A stretch of 63,054 bases of DNA, counting the filler, from Licmophora abbreviata (Eukaryota): NCBI GenBank assembly GCA_900291995.1. It is 12 parts of 12 records of this genome, joined end to end, with 100 filler letters (N's around TTAATTAATTAA, not from the genome) between each part and the next. Parts side by side here need not be neighbours in the genome. Positions count along the whole stretch, not along the records: positions 21,408 to 33,510 come from OLMU01002113.1; positions 33,611 to 36,610 come from OLMU01002115.1; 10 more parts are not named here. One strand, given 5' to 3'. The first letter of the stretch is position 1. Each line of letters starts with the position of its first letter. Below the pieces are notes generated by a model. The model did not search any database. It saw only the letters and a list, made by a program, of their open reading frames with translations, and was not told the origin of the DNA. This document shows, in pieces, positions 23,172 through 35,069 of this stretch. A program made the position numbers and the translations under genes.

Positions 23172-24467
23172 CTACGACGCCCTGAGCGCCGAGTTCTGTG
23201 TCCATTCCGCGGGCAGCTGACGTTCCAGTTCAATGGCATCCGCTTTAAGTTCTCCCTTCACAACCCTTTGTAAAGTTTCTTTGTAAATTCCAGTCGGTAC
23301 ACGCTTTCTGAATTCTCGCAAAACGTGTGCGTTGACCCTGCCCTCCTCGCAGCACCGACGAAACTCTTCAGTGACAAGTTCTATTCGCATTTGACCCGCG
23401 AGGGAGGCAGTCGTCTGGAAAAGGAAGACATACATGTGCGGAGTTTTTTCCACACCATTTCGTATCATACCCTTCCATATACGCACCGCCACTCCAGCTC
23501 CTATCTTGCGAGCGGCGTCTGTATCGTGTGAAAAGGCACACGCACGCAAGACCTGAGCATACGAGGACGTATCTACCAAGTTTTTGGGCTCCAGCTCTTG
23601 CAAAAGTTGGGCAGCAAAGAATGCCTTTTTTGGGTCATCGCAAATAGCCCAGGATGCCAAGACTTGATTCCATACGACCACGTCCGGTTTCACAGCGAGC
23701 GCTCCCGCCTCATCGTAGCGTCTCTGCATTCGTTCAACGATTGCATGGGCTCGTCTCGGCCCTTCGTCAGCCGTGAGTTGTTTGGTTTTGGCGTACAACT
23801 TTAGTACCCCCAAGTACGTCTTTACGTTTGGAAGTGGCAACACGTAGGCTCGTCGTTCTGTGCTGGTAGGATAGGTGTAAAATAGTTCCATGTACCGGAG
23901 AATGGCATCGGCACGCTGCAGTACGGCGGCGCCTGCTTGGTTCTCATCAAGATCAGAAGAAGTTGTTTCGGAAAAACTGAGCTGCTGAATGGCGTGATTG
24001 CATCGCTCCGTGGTGGCTCGTTCTCCTCCCTGTTCTATGTCGTGAAAGCCATCTTGTAGGAGCTGAAGTAAAAAGCGAGTCGAGGTTTCGAGGGCAGGAA
24101 GTTGAGGAATGGGTGCAAGGCTGTTGGTAGGATCCCAGGGACTCGAGTACTCTTCCGGCGAGAACCAATCCTCCCAGTTTGGACTGTCTGGATCATACAT
24201 TGACCCGCTCCCATTATAGGGAGAATGGGAGGTAAGTCCATCCTCGTCCGTGGAAGAAGAGGACGGTTCTGATCCTATACTTTGGTTCTGAATACTTGAA
24301 AAGAAGCGCTTATTGCTGTGTGATGTATGAAGATGACGATGATTGCTTTGTCGTCGTTGCGTGATGCTGCAGATGTCGACGAGATCCTCCACCGCCGCCT
24401 GGCATGGTCGTCGGCATGTTCTCGCCACCACCACGAAGACCCTTTGAGACGAACGAGCAAGGAACAT
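23172..24467 (-). CDS. Organelle-targeted PPR-like helical repeat protein
   Basis: R/S-rich presequence followed by PNVKTYLGVLKLYAK, PDVVVWNQVLASWA, DTSSYAQVLRACA and FRRCCEEGRV. Confidence 0.7.
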   Translation of the reverse strand: MFLARSSQRVFVVVARTCRRPCQAAVEDLVDICSITQRRQSNHRHLHTSHSNKRFFSSIQNQSIGSEPSSSSTDEDGLTSHSPYNGSGSMYDPDSPNWEDWFSPEEYSSPWDPTNSLAPIPQLPALETSTRFLLQLLQDGFHDIEQGGERATTERCNHAIQQLSFSETTSSDLDENQAGAAVLQRADAILRYMELFYTYPTSTERRAYVLPLPNVKTYLGVLKLYAKTKQLTADEGPRRAHAIVERMQRRYDEAGALAVKPDVVVWNQVLASWAICDDPKKAFFAAQLLQELEPKNLVDTSSYAQVLRACAFSHDTDAARKIGAGVAVRIWKGMIRNGVEKTPHMYVFLFQTTASLAGQMRIELVTEEFRRCCEEGRVNAHVLREFRKRVPTGIYKETLQRVVKGELKADAIELERQLPAEWTQNSALRAS

Positions 24468-25548
24468 GCTGTTCAGAATAACAATGATGGACTGTAGAGC
24501 AAGACGAAGGAATCAATCAAATGTGATAGGCTTTAGGAGATAGATCGCTGCTATAAAATTGGAAGAAGAGCAAAGGGTACATGCGGTGTGGCAGTGATGA
24601 AGTTGTGATGTTTCGTTTCTTGCCGTCCTGCCATCATCCGCGCACGTACTTGGTACCGGTAAGTGGGGGGGCGATGGGACGCTGATGTGTCATTGATTCG
24701 CGCGACCAAACAAGTCAGGACTTCGCCAGGGCACGACGCCATGCAGCTAGCTCGCTTGGGAATTTGAAGCCCCAAGTGCTCATCCAACAGTCGCATGTAT
24801 CTCGAGGGGCACGCGGCAAGCGTCGATTTGACGAATATAGAGTGGTGGACGAGGTATATATAGGAGGAGTGTTGCCGCAAACAGGCATTCGGAATGTGTG
24901 AGTTGAGTTGGATTGTCTGTGCGGAGGGACTCGATTCGTTTCCGCCCAAAGAGCAATGAAGAAATTTGAATTGGACGTGTTCATGACGACTGTCGATGCT
25001 TTCGTGGCCGCGCCCGTCGGGCAGATTCGGCGAGGCCCAAGTTAAATCTCTCGAGTGTCATTACATTCTTTCATGACCATTCGATCCCGTAAATGACCCT
25101 CTACTTAACGGGGTCGTAGATTCAGTGGTTTTGTGGAACTTCCCGGAAGAGCTTGAAATCTCGCTGGCAGCTCCTTGCTTCTTGAAGTTCAGAGTTCACA
25201 AGTGCACGCTTCAAGCAGCACATCGACCGGTCTTGAGTTTGATCTTGGTTCGAGAAACGACGGTCTCTAATATAGGTGTTCCCATCTACCTATTCCGAAT
25301 TCATCGTAGGGGATCGTGAGTCCTGTCGATTGAGAAGTATGGTGAGTTTGGTTCAGAAGATTCGGACAGCTGCTGAAATGCGGGTGCAAGCAGTATTCGA
25401 GTTCGCGCTTCCAAGTCGTGCTCCGCTGAAAGCAGTCCTTTCTGGCGAGCGGCAATGCGAAACGGCTTGAAAATGGTCCGAAAGTATAATTCATCGCATC
25501 CTGTTCTCATTCTTGATTACCTCTTGCTCTTCGATTTCGTAGTTCAAT

Positions 25549-26710
25549 TTGGGATTTACGAGTTCCTCCTCTGCGTCTTCACTTCAAAGTCCTTCCGCCT
25601 ACTCCGACGCCTACACCCAGAAAGGCACCTCTCGCAAGGGTCGAGCATCGCGACGCGGTCGAAGACGCCGCCGCAATCGCAAGCGAGACGCAGTTCACGT
25701 CGACCCGGAAGACCATGCCTTTGCGGCTCATTCCAATGGAAACAAGCCCCACGATGCTCCTATGACCCGGAGTGATCTATACTTTGCGTTGGATTGCGAA
25801 ATGGTCGGCATTGGACCTGAAGGATTCGACTCGGCTGTTGCGCGCGTTACCGTGATCAATTGGGAAAATGAAGTCGTTCTCGATGCCCACGTGCGTGTCC
25901 CTGTCCCCGTGACAGATTACCGCACGCACATTTCTGGCATTTCTCCGGCCGATTTGGAATACTGAAAATGCCAAGACCTTTGAAGAAGCAAGAGACGCCG
26001 TCAGTGAAATACTAAATGGAAAAATCTTGATTGGCCATGGACTCGAGAATGACCTTTGCGCTCTGGGATTGACTCATCCCTGGAGCGATGTGAGAGATAC
26101 GGCGTGCTACGGACCTCTAATGCGGGAGTCTGTAGATCCACTCACAGGATCGGCGTTGTGGAAGCCGCGCAAGCTTCGCGATTTGGCCTGGGAGAAGCTG
26201 GGGCGCCAAATTCAATGCTACGACCGAGCGCATTGTCCAAGGGAAGATGCTGTTTCGGCCCTTGACTTGTACAAGTCAGTACGAAATGGCTGGGAACGCG
26301 ATCTCATCGAACAAAGCGAGGCAGAGGAGCGCCTTCGCGCCCCCAAGTCAAGTTCCTTCTGGCAATTGCCTCTTAGTGGATCCATGCATAGTCGCATGGC
26401 CGCAGAATCTACCATGCCCGCGCGCGGACCCTTCGTCCCTGTCTCCGGTGGGATGGTCGACATGGTGCCGGCGCCTCCTCCTCAGTCCAGCCAATCATCA
26501 TGGTTCTTCTTTGCAAGACGCGGCAGATCGAAGTCTCCACCGCCGCCTGTTGTGGAGGAGGCAAGTACAACAGTTCTCCTGGAGGACGATGACGCGACTA
26601 CGCTCATTAGCAGCTCGTTTGGAAGCTTCGAGACGGAGCCATGGTTCCTTCCAGCGGGAATGGAGAATATGACACTCATCGACGACGAGTCGTCTCCAAT
26701 TCCAGAATGA
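25549..26710 (+). CDS. REX4/ISG20-like DEDDh 3'-5' exonuclease (1-nt frameshift near 25961; start uncertain)
   Basis: ALDCEMVG, VTDYRTHISGI, ILIGHGLEND and HCPREDAVSALDLY. Removing one base in GAATACTGAAAAT restores the frame. Confidence 0.85.
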
Positions 26711-26755
26711 AGGGACTCATCGAGGACACGTCATCTCCAATTCCAGAATGAAGGG
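26674..26755 (+). repeat. 41-bp tandem duplication spanning the REX4-like stop codon
   Basis: ACTCATCGA...TCTCCAATTCCAGAATGAAGGG occurs twice. Confidence 0.85.
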
Positions 26756-27160
26756 ACAACAAGAACCCCACCGACGCGACGGGCTTGACGTTATAAAGCC
26801 TTCGTCGGGGCCCCATTTCGATACAACAAGAATCAATCCATCAACCGGGTCTACTACTTTCAGAAGATATTTCTCGCTCCGAGTCTTTTATACGATTCTT
26901 ACTTTCCCAGCATGAACTTCCCTTGCACCCCATGTATTAGTACATAAGTTACCGATGTATATTTGCTTACTTGCTAGCGTAACGAGAAGTTGCTTGTCCA
27001 TGGTTGACGGTGAAGCGCCCACCCGCTGCGAGAGGGAATCTGGAACCAGCCGATCCAATGACATGCGAAAGAAGAAAGACTACGGCCTAATTAGTGATGC
27101 ATGCGATGACCATGATGGTGTGGCGTTGGCATCTTCATCAGTCCTCGTCACCATGCAGCG

Positions 27161-28514
27161 ATGATGGCCTCGACTGATGATGGGGACACTCCAGAAGAAC
27201 ACATAAACGACGATGCATCGCTGGGACTGTGGGCGTCGCCGGAGTTGCTCAAGTCGACGTGCGAAGACGTGGGGGATCTTTGGTGTCACCGTACGATAGC
27301 GACTCTTGACGAACCTCCCTCGTCGCTCATCTTCTTTCGGGACTATGTTTCCAAGAATGTCCCCTGCATCATCCGGGGCGTCATATCCGGCGCGGGCGGC
27401 AACGAGGAACCTCTGACGCTCACGCTGGATGATTTGGTGGAGATCTGTCGAGGCGACGAGGACTCGATGTCGCTTAGTGTAGACGTCACCCCTGACGGGC
27501 ACGGCGACTGCGTTCGCACAGTACAATGTGATCGCACAGTACAATGTGACAGCAGTGATGCGAGGAAACGAATGTTTGTAACCCCAGAGCAGAGGTCGAT
27601 GACGTTGCCTGAATTCCGAGATGAGCTGCGGTGTCGTCCGAGTCCCCCGTGTGACGCGTCGGCGCTGGATGATGACGGTCGCCACGTACTGACGCTTGCC
27701 AACGATGACGACGGTGATGATACCGCCGCTGGAGGAAGCAGCAGTGCTGACCAGGAAAGACGATCAGGCAGTAAGCCTAGCGGCATCGTGTACTATTCCA
27801 AGCAGGTCGGTAGACGCGCCGCAATCTGACATCTCACGGTCGCTATCCTAGCCATTCTTTCTCTCACTGTCGCCCGCTTGTCGTTTGCTATACCACCAGA
27901 ACGATTGTCTGCGCACGGAACTTCGCCCTCTCTTTGACAAACAAATTGTGCCAGAGACGATCCCCTTTGCTGAGAAAGCCTTCGGAACGGGCCCACCAGA
28001 TGCCGTGAATCTATGGATTGGCAATGAGTACGCCGTGTCTTCCATGCACAAGGATCACTACGAGAACTTGTTCTATGTGCTGAGCGGAGAAAAGGTCTTT
28101 ACGCTCTGCCCGCCTTCCGACGCGCCGTTGCTATACCAGAGCGAATTCGAAAGCGGGTCGTTTTGTCAGAACGAAAGCGAGGAGTGGACGGTCCTTCCTG
28201 ATGAGCGAGGCGTTCCGGATGGTCGTGAGGAGCCCCCGAAAGTCCAATGGATCGAGGCCGACGTCGAACGACGACAACACGACGGCCGATACCCATTGCT
28301 TTCGTTTGCTCACCCCCTTCAAGTACACGTCAGACAGGGAGAAATGCTGTACTTACCCTCACTCTGGTTTCACAAGGTGTCACAAACTTGCGAAACGGTG
28401 GGAGTGAATTGGTGGTTCGACATGAAGTTTGATTCACCTCTTTGGTGTTACTTTAACTTCCTTCAGCAGCTACAGATCAAGCGCTCGGTCGAAGTAGAAG
28501 ACCCGCGTGACTAA
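27161..28514 (+). CDS. JMJD7: JmjC-domain protein JMJD7-like (Cupin_8)
   Basis: FFRDYVSKNVPCII, VTPDGHGD, DAVNLWIG, SMHKDHYENL and GEMLYLPSLWFHKV. Intron at 27806-27899. An 18-bp in-frame duplication (RTVQCD twice) lies at 27514-27549. Confidence 0.9.
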
Positions 28515-29000
28515 GACAGAACGTCTCCATCTCATCGGGCTTTGCCGGACCGTCCTACATGTCCCATGCCATGTATGGCCCGCACTAGGATTGCCCTGCC
28601 TCTGCTCTCTCTTAGGGTGTCGTCTAGCTCAAGTAGGTCCACAGGAGTATCTAACAGTTAAAACCCAAATTGATAAGCGCTAACTAACATTGGACGTGTA
28701 TTGTGTTGAAACCATAAATCGACACTCTAGTTTGCACGTGCGTCAGACTGAGTGTTGCTGGTCTCCTCTTCGGCGGAGTCGAGTGATTCAGTTTGCATCT
28801 GTACGTCTGGCGAAACGTTCTACCAGGTAGTATACATTGATTGCCACACAAATGATAGGTCGTTCCATGCATTGTTGTCAGCGTTTGCGTGACCCTCACG
28901 GTCGACGCACGATTTTCCATGCATGTATCGTTACCGTCGTCGTAGATCCTTCGTGAAAAGAGTGTGTCCATTTCAAAATTAACTCATACTCGGCGGCCGC

Positions 29001-32000
29001 TCACTCTGCTGGAACGTCACAGAATTCGCCGGTGTAACCGACGGGGCAGATGGTCTGACAGAGAGACCCTCCGAAGGCGGGTGGACACTCGCAAGAGCTT
29101 ACGGTCACATTACCGATGCCGGGCTGCACTTTGCAGACACCTTCATTGAGGCAAGGAAATCCGTCCCCACAAGAGGCTCTTTGGTCACAGTAAGTCCCAG
29201 TGAAGCCATACGGACATCTCAAATCGCAGAAGTAATTTCCAAAGCCATGGATGCAGTCGCAGAACGTGGAATCGCCAGTGGAGCTCGACGTTAGCACGTT
29301 GCATGTGCCTCCATTGAGGCAAGGGACTGACTCGCTGCAGCTCTGACGAAATTCACAATCGCCCCCAAAATAACCGTACGGGCAGACGTCTTCGCAGAAC
29401 AGCCCGCCGGTCCCGACTGGGCAAGTACAAGAGGTGACATTGGCGCTTCTAGTCTCTGTAACGACACAGGTGCCGTTGTTTAGGCACGGAAAGGAATCAT
29501 TGCATTCTCTTTTGTCGCAATAGTATCCCGAATATCCATACGGGCACTGGCGATCACAAAGAAAGCCTCCTGAGATTCCAAAGAAAGACAAGTAGTGAGA
29601 TGACCGAATTAAGAAGAGCTCTCCATCGATTCAAAAGACGCACCAAAGCCCAGCGGGCATTCGCAATATGTGGCCGTCTTATTTTGGTTTTCGATGCACA
29701 CGCCGCCATTACGACAACGTCTAGTACCAGACACGCGGCATTCTGCTTGATCGTTACAAGAGGTCCCAGTAAACGTGGGCGGGCACACAAGCTCGCAGAA
29801 TCGTCCGCCACGGCCCTGCTGGCACTCACACGACGTTTCGTTTAACAAGCCTGAATCTGGTGTGACACAAATACCATCATTTAGGCAAGGTACTTCGACA
29901 CTACATGTAGCTTGAATATCGCAAAAGGGACCGCTGGAGCCGTACGGACAAGGTTCTAAGAAGTAATTAGTACGGGACAAAGGCATACAGGAAATGAGCT
30001 ACACCGACTTTCCATGAACTCGCACTGTCAAGTTTACTTACCTTCACAAAAGAAGCCACCCCAATTGGTCGTACAATTGCAAAAAGCGGAAGACACAATA
30101 GAATCGACTATATCCGTTTCGCACAATCCGCCGTTCTCGCAAGGGTACACCGGGCCACATGTTTTCTCTTCGCAAAACAGTCCCGTGAACCCCGGAGGAC
30201 ATCTATCCTGACACAGACTACCACCAAAACCTACAGGGCAGGCACAGTATCGGCGTGCACTGCCAGTATCTCTCCTGCGAGATTTGCAAATTCCCGAGTT
30301 CTGGCAGGGAAAGTCTAGACTGCAGGCGACTTCATCGCAAAAGAGACCCGTGTATCCAGGAGGACATCGCTCATCGCAAAATGCCCCGCCGAATCCCTCC
30401 AGGCAATTACAGAAAGTGTACGCAATGCCGGATTCCGATATAGCTGTTTCGCAGGTTCCACCATTGTCGCAAGGGAACTCCACACCACAGTACGTCTCGG
30501 TGCAGTCGAAGCCTCCGAAACCGGGACGGCATGTGCGGCCGCAGAGTGGCCCTCCGAGGCCCTGGGGGCAAGTGCAGAAATTGAATGTCGTGTTTGCAAC
30601 TCCCGGCCGTATCTCACAGAAACCACCATTGAGACATTCAACGTCTCTGTTGCAGACGGGGAAGTCGCAATCGATTCCATAATAGCCACTATCACAGTCC
30701 TGTTCACACAAATTACCTCCGTAACCTTGTATACAGTCGCAGTAATTGAACGTGTATGGAATGATAGAATTCGACATTCCAGTTTTGCAAATACCCCCAT
30801 TCTGGCAAGGCTCCTCTGTCCTACAGAACTGCTCATCGCAATCAAATCCCATTATACCCACGGGACATTCGAGCTCACAGTATCTACCACCAAATCCTTG
30901 CGGACAATCGCAGCGCCTTTCTGTAGTATTCAGAATACCTTCTAGAGTGGCACACGAGCCCCCGTTTCTGCAAGGAACTTTTTCGCCACAGACCCGCTCA
31001 TCGCAGTCGTATCCATCGAGCCCCTCGTTACACAGATCCTGGCAGAGTGATCCTCCGAACCCTTGTACGCATTCGCAAGCCGAGTAAGCTCGATTAAACT
31101 CTCCTATACGATTGGAGCACACACCCTCGAAGCAAGGGTACTCTTCGTTGCAGCTGCAAAGAAACACAACATCAGATCCAAGCGACACCTCAGCTTGATT
31201 TTTCGTTCCAGGCGCTACTTGGTACCAAGACAGCCGCTCGGGTGTACCGCTCTCCGTTGGAGTACCATAGTCTGTCGGATCACTGATGAAGAAAGCGCCA
31301 AAGTCTGAGAAATAGGAGTGAAACGATGCAAAGTACACGATGAGGCTCTGCACATCCGTCCTTCCATCAGTTCTTTCGAGTCCCACGAGTTCCTCGCTGG
31401 TGGTAAAGATCCACCGCCGGCCCGTGAACAAGAGGAGTTCAAAGAAACCACTCTGATCGACCAACCCGAGTTGAGCATAGTCGACCTGAGAGTTGTACTC
31501 ATAAGCAAAGACGGGGCGATCATTGACCATGAGATAGGTTTTGTGCGTTTTGTTGCCTTCGACATACGGCGGACCAGACAAGAGCGGCGAGAAGAACTCG
31601 CCGGATTGCCAAAAGCCCTCGAATAGTCCACTGTTCCTGCTGTATCGGAATCGAGTCCCGGGTACAACGTCCAAACTACCGCAAGGTTCGAAAAACTGGC
31701 AATTGAGCCCATACATGCCGTTGCTGCACTGTGGCGTGGAGCCGTCGCAGGTAGTTGAGTCTAATTCTTCGCATTGAGAACAAATAAGGCTAGCAAACTG
31801 GAAAGGAACAGGGTCCTCGTCCGCATTTCCTACTAGCCAATCAACTGGAGAAATGTCGGTGATGTCATACGTCTGAGTTTCAGGCGAAATGGCTTCAAAC
31901 TCACAAGGATCAAGATTCTTGCCCTCGTACGTAAAGGTCCAAGCGGCCTCCTTCTTGCAGTATGCAAACATCGCGTTGCCACTCTTCTCTTCTTCATACA

Positions 32001-33018
32001 CAACTCTTCCGGTAAATTTCTTATTCGTCACCAGTACGTAGGTACCAGAAAAGGAGCCAAGGGCGGCCGTGGATTCATCACCGAACTGAATCGCCAACGT
32101 CGAGCACAGATACTTCCCTTTGCGTTGCCAAGCAAAGAAAATAGACCATCCGGCAATGAGAAGGAGCCAGATGATGAGGAACGCGACACGTCGGAGGATG
32201 TTCGATCCCGGCTTTTTGGGGACTTTGATCTCGCTCACATGGTGCGCCGCAACTTGAAGCGAGTCCCACATGAATCCCCGTTTCGCCAAAGCAAATGCGA
32301 GTTCACTCGCCTGCGACACGATTCCCAGAGCTGCAAAGTTCAGAAACATATCGACTACACTGGTGCTTTGCATCATGAGGGTAAAGTTGGTCCAAAGGGC
32401 CAGCGCTCCGCCAGCGAATTTCAGGGTACAGGAAAGAATCCAATTTCCATAGGTCGCAGCTGGTGCCGTCTTGAGAATCTTCGAATTGTAGCCGTCATGG
32501 AACATGATAACACTCTTGATCATGTCCGACTCGACAGCCACGGCTAGCGGAAGGAGCAGAAACTGGGAGACCGACACTTCGGTGTTTACGCCTGGTGGGA
32601 TTGCCATCGGGTTGAATGAGCCAACTTCGATAATGTCGACGAGAATCAAGATGAAGAGCGAAATCTGTAACAAAAACATGATGATGGCGAAGATGAAAGT
32701 TCCACTCATAGGACGCGATGTGAGGACGAAACTATAGATGTCTTCCGTCAGCTCGGCAAACTGTTCGTCGTTGTCACTGTCGTCCTTCTTGTATCCTTTT
32801 TCATCTCCGGCATAGACAGCTTCCTCCTCGTCACGCTTACCATCAGATTTAGTTACCAGCGGATTGAGACCAACATCGTCCGCTTCGGCTTTTTTCACGG
32901 CTCTTACGGAATATTCAGGACGGTGAGATCCCTTCTTTTCTCGCGTGTCTTCTTCCAAGCCCACCGTGCAGCCATCATCGCCGCACGAGGAAGCCCAATT
33001 TGGGATGAAATTCTGCAT
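29001..33018 (-). CDS. Polytopic membrane protein with about 12 C-terminal EGF-like repeats
   Basis: An N-terminal multi-TM region is followed by repeated PC.NGG.C...C.C..GFGG..C units in ORFs 30034-33033, 29609-29986 and 29001-29591, joined by short introns. Confidence 0.8.
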
Positions 33019-33610
33019 TGAGTTCCAAATCACAACTTTTTACTGAATTTACACGAGCTGACCCGTTTGTCGCGACGCTTGATACGTGGTGTCGTTCCAA
33101 TTCAAGTTGAATTGGGTGAGGCGGGAAGGAGGCGACACGAGAGAGGGAGGAAGCAATGATAGGATACCAGTTTGTTCGGCGAAATCATGAAATCATCCAT
33201 TGTTGTAACAAAGCACGATCGAGAGTCAGCGCGCCGGCCATCTCTCGTCGCTCTCGGCACGCGCGGCGGCAATGACAATCAATACGATCTCTTGTTATGC
33301 ATTCGCTATACTGGTTTCGAAGGGCCGACAAGGGCGAACGGTCAACCGACGAGGACAGACGATCATTCCCGGCGCACACGAGAGCGAGCACTGGACGTTT
33401 CTTCATCGCGGATGTACTAGCAACCTTTGAATGAATCTGCACCTCTCTCGGCGGGGATTGCATGTCTGCTATCATACGGTATCATATCACGAATAAACCT
33501 AAAAATTAAANNNNNNNNNNNNNNNNNNNNNNNNNNNNNNNNNNNNNNNNNNNNTTAATTAATTAANNNNNNNNNNNNNNNNNNNNNNNNNNNNNNNNNN
33601 NNNNNNNNNN

Positions 33611-33821
33611 GACATGGAGTGCAGCAGCTGCTTCGTTCACGCTTCACGACGCCATCACGCTTCAGGGCAGCGTCCCAGAGCCGCGATACGAGCGCGTCGT
33701 AGGAGGACAATCCATCCGTGATGGACACGCGAGTGCAGGCTGTACGGCCTCGCGGCGTTTCAATCAAGAATGTGACATTCTCGTTCCTAGGAGAGGCGGG
33801 GGGAGCAAGAAACAGCGACAT
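33611..33821 (-). CDS. 5' fragment of a hypothetical protein (runs into gap)
   Basis: MSLFLAPPASPRNENVTFLIETPRGR... stays open into the gap. Confidence 0.35.
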
Positions 33822-34078
33822 GACGATGGAGAAGAATGAATGCAGGGTGAATGTGAAGCGAGGACAGTGGCTGAGACGCGACAAGGACGACGAATGGGTG
33901 GCTGCGATGACGCGAGTAGTGTTCGCCGCGTGACGTGCGCACGCGACCTTTCGTGATTGATTCATTCGGTCGAGAGAGCGATGATGGCGACACAACACGA
34001 TGGCCGTGTCCTTTGTTCCTTCAGCCTTTCTCGTCTTATTTCTGTTGCTCCCCCTTCCTCCAATTCCTCCTTATTAGC

Positions 34079-34666
34079 ATGAAAGGACCGAAGCAATTAA
34101 AGGTCGGCTCGAACGTGCCAAATCTGCCCTCTCATTTGGTGAATTCCGCGGGCGACGAAATTCCCCTCGTTCACGACACGCAGCCTACACTCATTTGCTT
34201 TCTTCGTCACTTGGCCTGACTTCCGTGACACGATCACGTGCAAGCTCTCTTACAGCACGTGCAAGAGCTGGAAGCGCATGATTGTAGACTCTTATTTGTC
34301 TCGTACAGTGATCCAAGCAAGCAACTGCATCGATTGTGGATTGAAGAGTGGATCAAGAACAATATCGCTGGAACTTCCGCTCTACTGCTGCTAGATCCGG
34401 ACAAGAGTGCGTATCAGTCCTGGGCTATCCCAAGTAGTACCGTCGCTGCCTGGGGACCGGCCAATGTGTGGTACTACATCAAGGCGATCATCTGTCGCGG
34501 CCGTCGCTCGATTGAAATACAAGGCGAAGCGGGGCAGCTGGGTGCCGACTTTGTACTAGCTCCGGGCGGAAGAGTGCTGTTGCAGTACTATTGTCGTAAC
34601 CCTACGGATCGAGTGACTGTAGAGAAGCTCCTGGAGGCTGTCAGATTGCACCAAAAAGAAAAGTAA
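34079..34666 (+). CDS. SELENOL: Selenoprotein L-like AhpC/TSA (thioredoxin-fold) protein with a UxxU motif, 195 aa
   Basis: One frame runs from ATG 34079 to TAA 34666 with in-frame TGAs at 34217 and 34226, reading CFLRHLA-U-L-P-U-HDHV. Downstream AhpC-like motifs are LLLDPDKSAYQSW, QLGADFVLAPGGRV and PTDRVTVEKLL. A candidate SECIS lies in the 3' UTR. Confidence 0.88.
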
Positions 34667-34700
34667 GGATTTCGTTACACCGTTATTGCAAAATAAATGT

Positions 34701-34789
34701 GGTTGGTGGAATGACAGCGCCGTGTCGGGCTACGTAGTATGCGAATGACAGCATACGCCTGCCCGCGTCCGCTTGAACAAACACCAGCC
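34701..34789 (+). promoter_or_regulatory. Candidate SECIS element
   Basis: Helix I is GGTTGGTG/CACCAGCC. The core is ATGAC (34711) with TGAA (34774), and helix II is AGCG/CGCT. Upper stems are CGGGC/GCCCG and GTATGC/GCATAC. Confidence 0.7.
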
Positions 34790-35069
34790 TCGTTTGCAAA
34801 GTTTTATCATTACTGATTTGAAGTTGTCAGTTCTATTCTAGATAGTTTTTTGACAAAGAAAGCTTGCCTTTTTAACCCTTGCATCGGTAACACATTCAAC
34901 ATGGAAACAAACGACGAATTTGCCTCCGTCCGAATAGAAAGAAATAATGAGAGTAATATGGAAACCAGGTTACGAAGGAAGATACACAACATTAAGTCCT
35001 TACTAGCTATCATCGCACTCCAAGCGACCGACACAAACGAAGTACGGAGTTGAAGGGCAAGCAGCAAGT

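Noticed and set aside
25963..25965. TGA in the REX4-like gene as selenocysteine
   Set aside because: The downstream homology is in a different frame, so this is an indel, and the position is not a redox Cys site.
26674..26755. 41-bp repeat as a CRISPR or regulatory array
   Set aside because: It has only two adjacent units and no spacer, so it is a simple local duplication.
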